A stretch of 64,000 nt of DNA from NCBI RefSeq assembly GCF_009914755.1, contig NC_060947.1. One strand, 5' to 3'. The notes beneath the pieces are model-generated. The model was given only the letters and a program-made list of their open reading frames with translations. It ran no database searches and was not told the DNA's origin. The position numbers were made by a program, and so were the translations under genes. Shown one piece after another: positions 1 to 15,079 of the stretch; within the stretch, counting starts at the first letter, position 1; each line of letters opens with the position of its first letter. The stretch is from the human T2T-CHM13v2.0 reference genome, Homo sapiens.

Positions 1-174
1 AATCATGTAAGTTCACACAGGGGTAATGATAAGGATCTTGGAAATTAAGTCATTATATCCAAGTTTACAAAAAGCTGATTTGTAAACCAGAAATTCAATT
101 TATTAATTTGCAATAGAGTAATTATCTTTCCACTAACCAGAGAATTTTTTCAGTTATTACCACTGTCATTTTTT

Positions 175-453
175 TTTCTTTTCTTTTTTTTTTTTTTTTT
201 TGAGATAGGGTCTCACTCTGTCTTCCAGGCCGGAGTGCAGTACTGCAATCTCGGCTCACTGCAGCCTTGACTTCAAGCGATCCTCCACCTCCAGGGCTCA
301 AACCAGCCTCCCACCTCAGCCTCCAGAACAGCTGGGACTACAGGAGCATGCTACCGCGCCTGGCTAGTCTCAAACTCCTGGACTCAAATGATCCTCTCAC
401 CTCAGCCTCCCAAAGTGTTGGAATTACTGGCATGAGCCACCATGCCCAGCCCC
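175..453 (-). mobile_element. Alu (AluJ-like, internally rearranged)
   Basis: poly-T followed by gagatagggtctc...ccaccatgcccagcc. Confidence 0.9.
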
Positions 454-469
454 AGTGTTAAATTTTTTA

Positions 470-1560
<1,091 letters not shown>

Positions 1561-1718
1561 TTAAAACTTCCATAAGTAATACATGCTCACTGTAAAAAAA
1601 AAAAAAAAAAGAATAAAATAAGGTGGAAATATATAAAACGAAAAGTAAAATGACAAGTCATGGAACTGTACTGCCTCTTTCCTGAGTAGTAACTGTTGTT
1701 AGGTTTCCTGTATATTCA

Positions 1719-1859
<141 letters not shown>

Positions 1860-1968
1860 TTATGCATATGCAAGCAAATACATGTGTATATAAATATATA
1901 TATATTCCAAAATGTGATCACAGTATACAGGTAATTGCAACTTGATTTTTTCTCATATCTTAGACATA

Positions 1969-2269
1969 TTTTTTTTTTTTTTTGAGACAGAGTCTCGCTC
2001 TGTTGCCCAGGCTGGAGTGCAGTGGCATGATCTCGGCTGACTGCAAGCTCTGCCTCCCGGGTTCACTCACGCCATTCTCCTGCCTCAGCCTCCCGAGTAG
2101 CCGGGACTACAGGCGCCCGCCACCACGCCCGGCTAATTTTTTTGTATTTTTAGTAGAGACAGGGTTTCACCGTGTTAGCCAGGATGGTCTCGATCTCCTG
2201 ACCTCGTGATCCACCCACCTCGGCCTCCGAAAGTGCTGGGATTACAGGTGTGAGCCACCGCGCCCGGCC
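1969..2269 (-). mobile_element. AluY
   Basis: CpG-rich; gttagccaggatggtctcgatctcc diagnostic. Confidence 0.95.
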
Positions 2270-2574
2270 CATATTTGCAATATTAATAAATATATACTTG
2301 TTTTAATGGTGGGCATAGGACTATTGTATGCCCACCATTATCCAATGTATCTATTGTATGGATGTATTATAATTTCTTTACTCAGTCCCCTGATGATGAC
2401 CATTTCTATTGTTGTCAGTTTCTATTACAAAGCTATAATGAAAATCTTTCTATATATATTTCTTTATAATTTGTATGAGCATATCTGTATGGTAAACTCC
2501 TAGAAATGGAATTGCTAGATCGATTTTACATTTAACTGCTCCGAGATACTTTCAACTTTTTCTCCAGTTTTTAA

Positions 2575-3515
2575 AATTTTTGTAGAGATGGGGTTTTGCT
2601 ATGTTGCCCAGGCTGGTCTCAAACTCCTGGGCTCAAGTGATTCTCCTGCCTTGGCCTTCCAGTGTTAGAATTGCAGATGTGAGCCACTGCATCCGACCTT
2701 TTAAAAATTTTTATTTTTCAGTTTTTTTTTAAAATTTACTCTCCCCTCAATGATATATGAGAGTTCTCAGTTCTTTACCAACACTAAGTATTATCAACAT
2801 TTTAAATCTCTGGCAATCTGGTAGGAGAGTTTGTATTTAATTTGCATTTATTTTATTTTATTATTTTTTTGAGACAGAGTCTCGCTCTTTCGCCCGGCTG
2901 GAGTGCAGTGACACGATTTAAGCTCAGTGCAACCTCTGCTTCCTGGGTTCAAGAGATTCTCGTGCCTCAGCCTCCTGAGTAGCTGGGACTACAGGTGAGC
3001 TACCACGCTCAGCTAATTTTTGTATTTTTAGTAGAGACGGGGTTTCACCATATTGGCCAGGATGGTCTCGAGTGATCTGCCCGCCTCGGCCTCCCAAAGT
3101 GCTGGGATTACAGGCGTGAGCCACTGCGCCCGGCCTTAACTTGCATTTCTTAGTGGCAAATGAAGTTGAGCACTATTTTATGTATGTATTAGCCATCTGT
3201 ATTTCTTATTTCTTTTTTTTCTTTTTTTTATTTTTGAGAAGGATTCTCGCTCTGTCGCCCAGGCTGGAGTGCAGTGACACTATCTCGGCTCACTGCAACC
3301 TCCGCCTCCTGGGTTCAAGCGATTCTTCTGCCTCAGCCTCCTAAGTAGGTGGGACTACAGGTGTGTGCCACCATGACCATCTAATTTTTTGTATTTTTAG
3401 TAGAGACGGAGTTTCCTTGTGTTAGCCAGGATGGTCTCGATCTCCTGACCTTGTGATCCGCCCGCCTCGGCCTCCCAAAGTACTGGGATTACAGGCGTGA
3501 GCCACCGCGCCCGGC
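2575..3515 (-). mobile_element. Three antisense Alus (2575-2697 monomer, 2850-3135, 3205-3515)
   Basis: Alu consensus, reverse complement. Confidence 0.92.
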
Positions 3516-3805
3516 CTAGCCATCTGTATTTCTTCTCCCACAAGTAGACTATATTCTTTGTCCACTTTTCTACTGGAGTTTTAAATTTTACCATATTGAT
3601 TTTGACAGTTCTCCGTATCTTGAAGAAATTAGCTTTTTTCATCCATATAGCAAACATTTTCTCACAGTTTCTAGTTTATCTTTTGACTTTGTTTCTGGTG
3701 TCTTGGTATACATAATTTTTTAATTTCTGTGGACTTAAATTTATTTATCTACTTTTAGGTTTCTGGGTTTTATGTTTAGAATGGTGTTTAAAAATATAAA
3801 AAATG

Positions 3806-4169
<364 letters not shown>

Positions 4170-6624
4170 CTAATTTATAATCAGAAGTCTGTTCCATTTG
4201 CATGGAGTTAAAGCAAAGAGATCTGTGGGATGTTTTAGTCCGTCTATGGTAAACCTGGAGGATTATCTTTGTTGTACTGTGGCATATGAATTTCTTGTGA
4301 CCAGAACATTTCTGCATCAAATAGTGTCTTGCCTTTTATATAGTATCAGAGGTTTGTAAGTTTTAACTATTCAACTCTCCTTTTTCACTATTTCTTATTA
4401 GGCACCCAAAGCTTCTGCCTTTACAATATTATCTCATAAAGGACATGTTACAAACAAGATTAAAATTATTTTCCATCAGTTATTTCATTTTTCATTATTT
4501 CATATTTCGTTTGATGGCATTTTCTCCCTTTGTCCTCACATTCAAAGGGTGAATTGTTTATATTTTTCAGTACCCCATGAAATAAACTCCACTTCTTATG
4601 ATAGGACTGGGGCACCTAGCATTCTGTACATATTGAAGTCTTGATAAGTATTTTTTTGAAAGAGCTCTAACAAAAAAAATGGTTACTGTAAAATATTCTT
4701 AAATATTAGTAAAAATTTGCTACAACATTTATTTCTGATGTTATACCAGTTTGTTATTAATCTTCAGTGGTATTTTTCACAAAATCAGAGCTAATTTGCT
4801 AAACAGAAGAACTTTTCAGTTTTGTTCTAAGCATAAAATTGTTTAAAATCTCAGTTGCTACATAGATAATTAACTGAGAATACAAATTTATAAAATAGAT
4901 AAACTATTTGTACCATGTACCATAAATGTGATGTTTGGAGCAGAAAATCAGTAGTTTTCAGCTAATACTAAGACAGGAAATCATTTAATATCAATTGAGA
5001 TTAAATTGGCACAATTGAACTAAATTAATGTAAAAATGACTTGGTACACGGCCCAATTTTTCTATTACTTCAAGTGGAATTTTGCATTAACTTATATAAC
5101 TCTGTAAATTTTCCACTACTCTCTATTTAATGTTCTAGCTGCATCATTCTGTAACTTGAATCTATTAAAAACTGTATAGCATTCTACCAAAGATGGTCTA
5201 TAAAAGAAATGGAAATTTATTTTGAATAGTATTCCACTCTCCAGAGCTTTAGAGGTAAGTAAAAATGTCTCAGATTTTACTTCTTGTTATTGATATTCAG
5301 ATGTTTCTGTTTAACTTTTATTGTCCAGTTGATTAAATATACTATAACTCTTTTTGTAAAGTTGCAGAAAAAACAATAAGCACAGAGGATGGGAGAGAAA
5401 CTAACAAGAGATATGGAAGGAATATAATTTAAGGACTGAAAATAATCGTTATATTACATTAGGAATGTTTCAGAAGTGATATCGGGGTGAAAGCTTCATG
5501 ATTTACACGGGGCTCACCCTATTTCTCAGTTGGAAAATTTGTTTTGTTATTAATACGTTTTATTTCTTTTCTTCTAATTGAAATGTAATTTAATATTTAA
5601 GAAATATTTTAACCAAAATTTCAAAAATGGAACAGAAACGAAGACTTCTTAAGCAAACACTATTTTATGAATCTACGAACTTCTATAACAGCAATGGAGA
5701 CACTGCAATAGGTCACTTCTTCCTGTCCAAGGAAAAAGCGGCGCTTTGGAGGGGATAGGCCCTCCTCGAGTTTTTCTCCCCCGAGTAAAGAGCTCTTGGC
5801 GGTCAAAGGTCCAATACACTGGATTCGAAACAAACAAAAAAAAAGGGTGACAAAGATTTTAGTTAACAGGGGTCGGAGGAGCAGAAAGGGTCTTTTCGCA
5901 CTTCAAACATCTTGGGGGAGGGATGGGAAGGCAGGATGCGAAGTAACCTAAATTCCCAACCATTTCGCGTGGTTGCACCCGCCCAGGAAGGCAGTGGATG
6001 CGCGGGGGAGGCGGGGTAGGTCCCCCTCCACTCCTTTTGCCCAAATTTCGATTTCCCTCCACTTCGCTCGGTCCTATCTCTTCCCCCGCCCCGAGAGTGG
6101 CGAACAAATTGGTCGAGCGCCCGGCCTAGCCTAGTAGTCCAGTTCTTTAGGACTCCTAGAACCTGGAGATACAGACCACGTTTTCTCGGAGACGGGACCA
6201 GTGGGCTGTAAAGCAAAACAATTTTTCTTTCTTTTCCAGGGCTAGGTCTTACTGGTAGAGAATCAGCTCGCTCTCTCTCCACACCCGAAGCAAAAAGCAA
6301 AACAAAACCAACCCGTATTCCGCCCCCGATCTAGCCCAAGTAGCTCCATTAAACCATTTAGGATCAGGTGCCAGAGTTAAGCGACTTGGGTTCTTTTGGT
6401 GGGAAGGGGTAGGGACAAGGGGGCATCGAAGGTACGGGAACTAGGGCCACAGGCCCCTCACAGGGGTGTGTCAGAAGAGGGGACTTCGAAGGGTGATGCC
6501 CGACTGGGCTGCCACCTTAGCGCCTCGCGAGGGGCGGAGGGGCCCGGGGAACGAGTCCCGGAGCGAACCCAGCCAGCCTCTGGATTCCCACGGCCCAGGG
6601 CTCCGCCGGACATTCCTACCGCCC

Positions 6625-6701
6625 TCCCCTCGACACCCCACTAAAGACAGAAGAACCGCGGCTCGATCGGGTCCGCGGCGGAAGCGCGGCCAAACGAATG
6701 A
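6625..6701 (+). other. STAG2: Putative most-upstream alternative non-coding first exon (start uncertain)
   Basis: Donor TGA|GTAAGT at 6702-6707 inside the CpG island; 5' boundary is inferred. Confidence 0.45.
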
Positions 6702-6940
6702 GTAAGTCAGGCGCGGGCACGGCACCTTGTTTACCCCACTCGGCGGCGCGCCCCTGCGGGCGCCTGGTTTGCGGGCGGCGTCGGAGACGCTGAACCCGGG
6801 AGTCAGTCGGCCACGATTGGTCGGTGACTGGGAGGAGGACGCTGGGTGGGAGGGCTGGGAGCCAGGCGTTGCAGTGGCAACTCTCTGCCGCTAGATGCCG
6901 CTCCCTCCCAACGGGAGCCGGGCGCGGGTTCGTGGCCGAC

Positions 6941-6955
6941 AGATGGCGCCTGCGC
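6941..6955 (+). promoter_or_regulatory. Overlapping YY1-like (AGATGGCG) and NRF1-like (GCGCCTGCGC) motifs just upstream of exon 1a
   Basis: Motif match by eye: agatggcgcctgcgc. Confidence 0.55.
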
Positions 6956-6972
6956 GTTCCATTCGCCTCCAA

Positions 6973-7014
6973 GTCGCCGAAGAGCGAACACCCCAAACAA
7001 TCCCGAAGCGCCAC

Positions 7015-7059
<45 letters not shown>

Positions 7060-7280
7060 AAAAAAACCCCGCCGGATCCGACCGCCACTTTCAAAACCCC
7101 CCACCGCTCTAGAACCGCGGGAGCTTCCGTCCCTGAGTAGAATTCGAGGGTGTAAAGAAGAGGAAGGGGAAAAATATCTTGTACCAGCCCAGGGGTGAAG
7201 AAGCCCCCGGCCTGAGAAAGAAGGAGGAGTGGGGGAGGCGAACAGTCTCGTTGCTGCCTCTGTGTACGCTGAGGGGGGAG
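6973..7280 (+). other. STAG2: Non-coding first exon 1a (5'UTR) containing a poly(A) tract
   Basis: Ends in perfect donor GAG|GTAAGT (7281-7286); sequence gtcgccgaagagcgaacacccc...gctgaggggggag matches my recollection of a STAG2 mRNA 5' end; no ATG inside. Confidence 0.82.
7016..7066 (+). repeat. Mononucleotide tract A42-G-A8
   Basis: Read directly; no Alu or L1 body upstream. Confidence 0.97.
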
Positions 7281-7289
7281 GTAAGTTAT

Positions 7290-7299
7290 AAAATGGCGG
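7290..7299 (+). promoter_or_regulatory. Consensus YY1 site AAAATGGCGG
   Basis: Match to AANATGGCG, 4 nt after the exon 1a donor. Confidence 0.65.
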
Positions 7300-8067
7300 A
7301 GGCGAAGCTTCTAGAAGTTTGGAGGGGCACCCGGAGGGCGCTTGGCCCACCGTGAGGTGTGTATGATTGAAACAGGGCGAGAGAGAGGAGTTGGGAGGGA
7401 AAGAGGTTGGGCACTCTGTTGCCATTGAATTTCCCCTCTGCTTTCTTCGCCCCCATGGGGGGCAGCCATGGAACGGGGGGCAGAGTCCAGGCGGGAGGAT
7501 CTTTCTCGCCCCCGCGGCGCCCCCCGCCCTCCTTTCTCCCTTCTCCCCCCAAGTCGCTACCCCAACACTTCCAAGGAACTTCCAGCCCCCCTTCCTCCCT
7601 ACCTCCTACTCCTAGAGTGGCTTTCTACCGCAGGGCTCTTCTTTTCGACTACCCTCGCTGAAGATTTTCTCTTCCTTCCCTCGCCCAACTCTCCCTCGGG
7701 GCCTCTACGGAGACCCCCCCCCCCCATGGGTGGCCCAAAATGGAGAACGCGGAGCAGCGCAAGATGGAGGCTCCGCTTCTCTGTGTAGCAGTAGATTTAG
7801 GTTCCTTTTCTCCGGCAGGCTCCTAAGCCTAGGAGAGCCCGAACTGGAGGTGGGGTGGGGTGCGAGCCGTAGTCGGGGGAGGAAAGCCGGGAGGCTGTGG
7901 TTGGGGTGGGGGAGAGCGCGGTGTCGCGGTGAGGGGAAGGCAGAGAGCAAAATGGTGGTGCTGGGAACCTAGGGGGGAGGGGAGAAAGGAGGCTCAGTTG
8001 TGTATATTTGGGCCTCGGACCGAGGGAGGCGAGGGAAAATCTACTCTGATCACACCCCTCCCTCGTG

Positions 8068-8137
8068 CCCCCTCCCTTCTCCCTTCCCCTCCTCCCTTCC
8101 CTCCCTCCCCCCTCCCTCCCTCTCTTCCTCCCTTCCT
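8068..8137 (+). repeat. 70-nt uninterrupted polypyrimidine (CCCT-like) tract
   Basis: Read directly. Confidence 0.92.
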
Positions 8138-8270
8138 AGAGAGGGAACAACATTCATGTGACGGGCCCCTCTGCTTCTCCCCCGCCCCATCATCTCCAGC
8201 GCGTGGTGGGGGAACTGCTGGGGAAGGCGATTGGCATCGATCTCTCCATCCCTTCCGAGGCCCGACTTCG
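8120..8270 (+). other. STAG2: Alternative non-coding first exon 1b (5'UTR)
   Basis: Starts in a pyrimidine tract and ends at TCG|GTCAGT (8271); matches recollection of another STAG2 transcript start. Confidence 0.7.
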
Positions 8271-11200
8271 GTCAGTTTTCTTCGGGCAACAATTTTCTAA
8301 ATTGGCTGGGGTCTGGCGGTGTTGGCCCCCGCGCGCAGACCTTGCCCCGAAGGGGGCCCTGCCTGCCTGGCATGGGCGGAGGGGGGAAGGGCGGGAGTGG
8401 AAGGCTGTTTGTTGGGGGGTTTTGGCGCCACTTTTGTTTTAGTTTTAGTGCTGCTTTTCATTCCCACCCCCACCCGCACTGTCTTTCTCAAGGCACGAAC
8501 TGAGCTGATCCTTGCCCCAGGTAGGCAGCCTGTGCGTTTTCACTCCACACTTTTATTCTTGCTCGGGGTCGACTTTCTTTTTTCTTCTCCCCTGGATCCG
8601 GAGATCTGCGGACGGCGATTTTGGGACGAAAAGGGTCGGATGGGCCGTGGGAGAGAGAAGGTGTGGGAAACAGCATCAAGTAGTTCCGCAAAACTTTGAG
8701 CCCCGTTCCCATTTTCTTTTGGCCTAGAATTGTGAACGTATTGTTGATTTCGGCCTTTTTTTCCCCCCGTCGCGAGAATGTCTTGTTTTGCCTTTAGTTT
8801 TTTATAAACCGCTGTACTTTCGACATTTAGTTTCCGCTCCCCCTTGGTGCATATGTCATTTTATTTTTAATCCTTAACTGTAATGGGTTATCGTGTGATT
8901 TTCGTGCTTCAGTGCTCGGCTTTAATTTTTAATATTGTATTAGTAGTTTCATCCGGTTTGTGAGACTTTCTCTTCCGTGGCCTAGAATGTTTTTTATGTT
9001 GTTGCCTACCACCCCTCTTCCCTCTCCCTCCTTCTTTCTCTTGGATGTAGTTTTTAAATTGAGGGCCATGGTGTTGGATTAAATGGTAATTTACAGTTTA
9101 CATGATATATCTATTGGAAACTTTTGATCTGTAAGGTTAGATTTAAAGTAAACGAGGCGCTTGTGTTGGTTTGCAATGGTTCCTTAAAATGCGCGGGCCA
9201 CCCCCTTCTCCCACCATAAAGCCCCATCTTCCCTTCACACTGGAGTGTAAATTCCATACCCCTTTTCTCCCACGGACCGCCGTATTTCGCAGCAGCCACA
9301 CCCTGTATTTGTCTCTGTGGATTGGACTCATTATCAGCTTAATTTAGTGACTCTTAAACCACCATGATGGGACTTGCTTAAGCACGAAGCTTCTTTTCCT
9401 GTTTAGTCCTAGTGGTTAGTGTCGAAAGAGGAATCATCGAGGTTTCTTGATGAAACCTAGTGCGGTCCAACCTCTGCCTTTTTTTCTGTTGTCTTTTTTC
9501 CTACTCCGGGCTGTTGGCGGTGTCAGCACCGCTGCTGGGGGCGGGGGTGGAGGGGAGAAAGAGTCGGGTTACCGAAGTGCGTCATTCCTGGCTCTAGCAG
9601 GGCCTGCTCGGGAGCTGCTGGTGTTTGTTACTGTCCTCGCAGCACTTTTCTGCCAACCTTCTCTCTCTGCGTATTGGTTAGGAGCAAAAGCAGGAGGCGG
9701 TCTCCTAATTCTGTCTGTAGCCTAGCGCGTTGCGTTTAAGGGTATATCTGAACTTATTTTGTTAAAAAAAAGGCTCTGGGAAGTGGATGCATTTGTTTAA
9801 TGACATATAATTCAGGTAGTTTAGGCTTGCTCTCATATACTTTCCGATGAACAGTGGGGTTAATTTTCAACATTTTCAACCACTTAACGTTAAAATGCCT
9901 GGTTTTCTTTCTACATTGATATCAATCTATAATTAGGGATCAGAAGGACCAGTTTAAGGTATATAAGTGTTCAGCAGTTTTTCAAGTGGTTGAATTGCAG
10001 TTTTATGACACATTATGTTAAATAGTCGATTTTTTTTTTTCATTTTGAACTAAGGTGCCACGTTAAGTAAGTTAATTGCAGATGTTTAAGTTCGTTTTCA
10101 TCACATTTCCCTATTTGTCTTTTTAGGTATAATTTTAAATATGCCCTTTGGGTTTATGGACTTCATTAAAATTCTTAAAGATGGTTATATCTTTGTGTTT
10201 AACTGAATTCTTAAATTTATCACCTACCAAAGAATTGTGTAAGGCGTAAGGCGGCTGTATAGTTACATTGTTGGATTTTGACTTAACATGCTAGTTTTTG
10301 ATACTTTTGCTATCTTTGGGTAGAAGTGTACTTAGAGAACATAGTATCTTCCTCTTAATTCTTTTTGAAGATAATAATGAGAGGAGGGAGTGGGTAGGAG
10401 GTAGGTGTGAAGCAGAAGTGGCCTTGAGTTGATTATTGTAGCTGGATGAATACAGAAGCGCTCATTGTTACTATTATTCTCTCTACTTTTGTGCGTGCTG
10501 TTAAACATTTCCATAGTTTAAGATAAACTTTTTTTGCAGTAGAATTTCCAGATTGTCTTACAGTCTTGGGGGTAATGACTTAAGTTTATATTTACATGTC
10601 AAAATTACTTGCATAGGAAATTTAGCCTTGTGTAAGTGATTACACAATGCTTGGCAAAACTTTCAAAAAAAAAAAAACGTTTAAACGGGAACTAGTATAA
10701 AACAGGCAACATAAATACTTATAAATTGGTTGAACTTTAAATGTTTATAACTTAGCCTGAATGTGCTCTACTTTTAGTTTCCTTTTTAATTCTTTGAAAA
10801 CAGGAAAATTCCATTTGCAATTTTTGTAAATTCTGCTTAGTGTCTATTTCATCAAGTTGGAGTTACAGTGAGTCAGTATGAAAGGGATTTACTATTAATA
10901 GGAGGGGCTTTGGCAGTTGCAGTAAGTGACAGTGGAAGGGATTGAGGTACCATAGGGAGCATTCCTGGTAGAAAGATCTAGGTAGCTGAATTCAGTTTCA
11001 GAATTTGGTGTTTAATGACTAGGTAGAGAAGTGGGTTGGAAAAGAAATGTACTTATTAGCTATTCCTTCCCACTGTGAAGTAACTATAGTATTCTAAGGT
11101 GTATCAGAGACTGGCAGAGAGGGTGGAGTGGGTTTTTTTTTTTTTAACTGATAAGAAAATGAGTGTTTACATTTAAAATGGTTTAAATCACCTCATGCCC

Positions 11201-12125
11201 CAAGGATCTGGTGCTATAACTAGTTAGAAGTTGATATGTAAAATATTTCAATATTGTCTGTTAACATTCTGACCATTACCCGTAAACAGTAAAAATGTGT
11301 TGCAATGACAATCCTTGGTCTCCCTTAATTAGTGCATTTGTGAACTGCTCCTAAATTCTATTAAGGTAAGTGCCTTTTTTTTTTTTTTTTTTGGCAGTTC
11401 TATACTGTTCAGTGTCAGGTTTATTTTTTTCCCCCAGGAGATACATTTTAAAAATACATGTCACAGTTCCGAAAGGAATCCAAAACAATGGATATTTAAT
11501 TTATAGCAAAATTTCACCCCAATCTGGGAACAGACATTTTGTAACTGTTACCATTAGTCTGTTTGTGTATTTCATATTCAGGATTTTAGCTTTAGAAGGA
11601 TGTTAAAGGAAAATAGGTGACATATTTCAAATTTTTATTCATATACAAATATTCTTAGTAGATGGTAAGGATTGTGGCATCAGATTTATTTTATTGTGGT
11701 GAGGCAATAGCTAAACTACTACACTAACACATGATGAGTTTGGTAACTTTCAAGTATATTTAGTTAGGATTTTTTAAAGCCCAAATGCTCAAATAAGATT
11801 TTCATGAAATCAAATTCTACATTTCTTTTTCAACTGTATTGACTTCTGCGGTCACCTGAGGACTTATGAATTAAAGTGAATGGGATGGGCTTGGGGGACA
11901 GGCTAAGGCTCAGATCTATTCCTTTGGGAATTTAGGGTTAGATGTGAAAATATGCAGTTTAGTAATGCTTAATATTGTGCATGTTTAACTGATACCACCC
12001 ACAGTCATATGTGGGAAGGTAGTAAACAGAGAATAGCATAATCTTTCTGCTTCGGGTTCTTTATAATAGATGGCAGACTTCAGTTTTTGATGCTGCAAGT
12101 TGACTTTTGAACTTAAACCAAAATC

Positions 12126-12917
<792 letters not shown>

Positions 12918-13299
12918 TCAGGACTTTAGTTCGTGTTTCAGTACTGTCCCTGTGTAATAATTCTTTATGTTTCTGGGTATCATAAATGATGGTTATTGCG
13001 TGTTCTGATTGGCAAAGATATATGATAAAGCAAAATTATCAGTTTGATTTTTCAGTCTCTTGAGTTGACTGCTTTACGTTTAATTTACCCAAATTTTATA
13101 TTTCTTCAGTGTAAGTGGTGTTGCTTAGTGGAGTCTAATTTTTGTTGATGTGCCTTTTAAAAATCTATGCATCTTCAGCAGCTGTGGTAATCTGCTACCT
13201 GAATTGTGTTTTTAATGTGTGCTTGCTATAGATCTTTGATACTCACCAGTAGACACCAAGAAGTCTTTACATATGGTTATTGTAGTAAGTCAAGAAGAG

Positions 13300-13982
<683 letters not shown>

Positions 13983-13998
13983 CTATTCTTTTTTATTA

Positions 13999-14674
<676 letters not shown>

Positions 14675-14730
14675 TATTTTAATTGGGAAATACATTACTA
14701 GGCTTGATGAGACAAACTAGGGAGATTTCA

Positions 14731-15079
<349 letters not shown>

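Larger units (their letters stand above)
5850..9750. promoter_or_regulatory. STAG2: CpG island promoter of a + strand gene (STAG2 by recall)
   Basis: Sharp rise in GC and CpG density against AT-rich flanks; GC boxes (ggggcgg), ATTGG boxes, several consensus splice donors on +. Confidence 0.9.

Noticed and set aside
6616-7425. 269-aa minus-strand ORF (longest in the track)
   Set aside because: Stop-poor GC-rich island plus poly-Phe from the A tract; no recognisable domain
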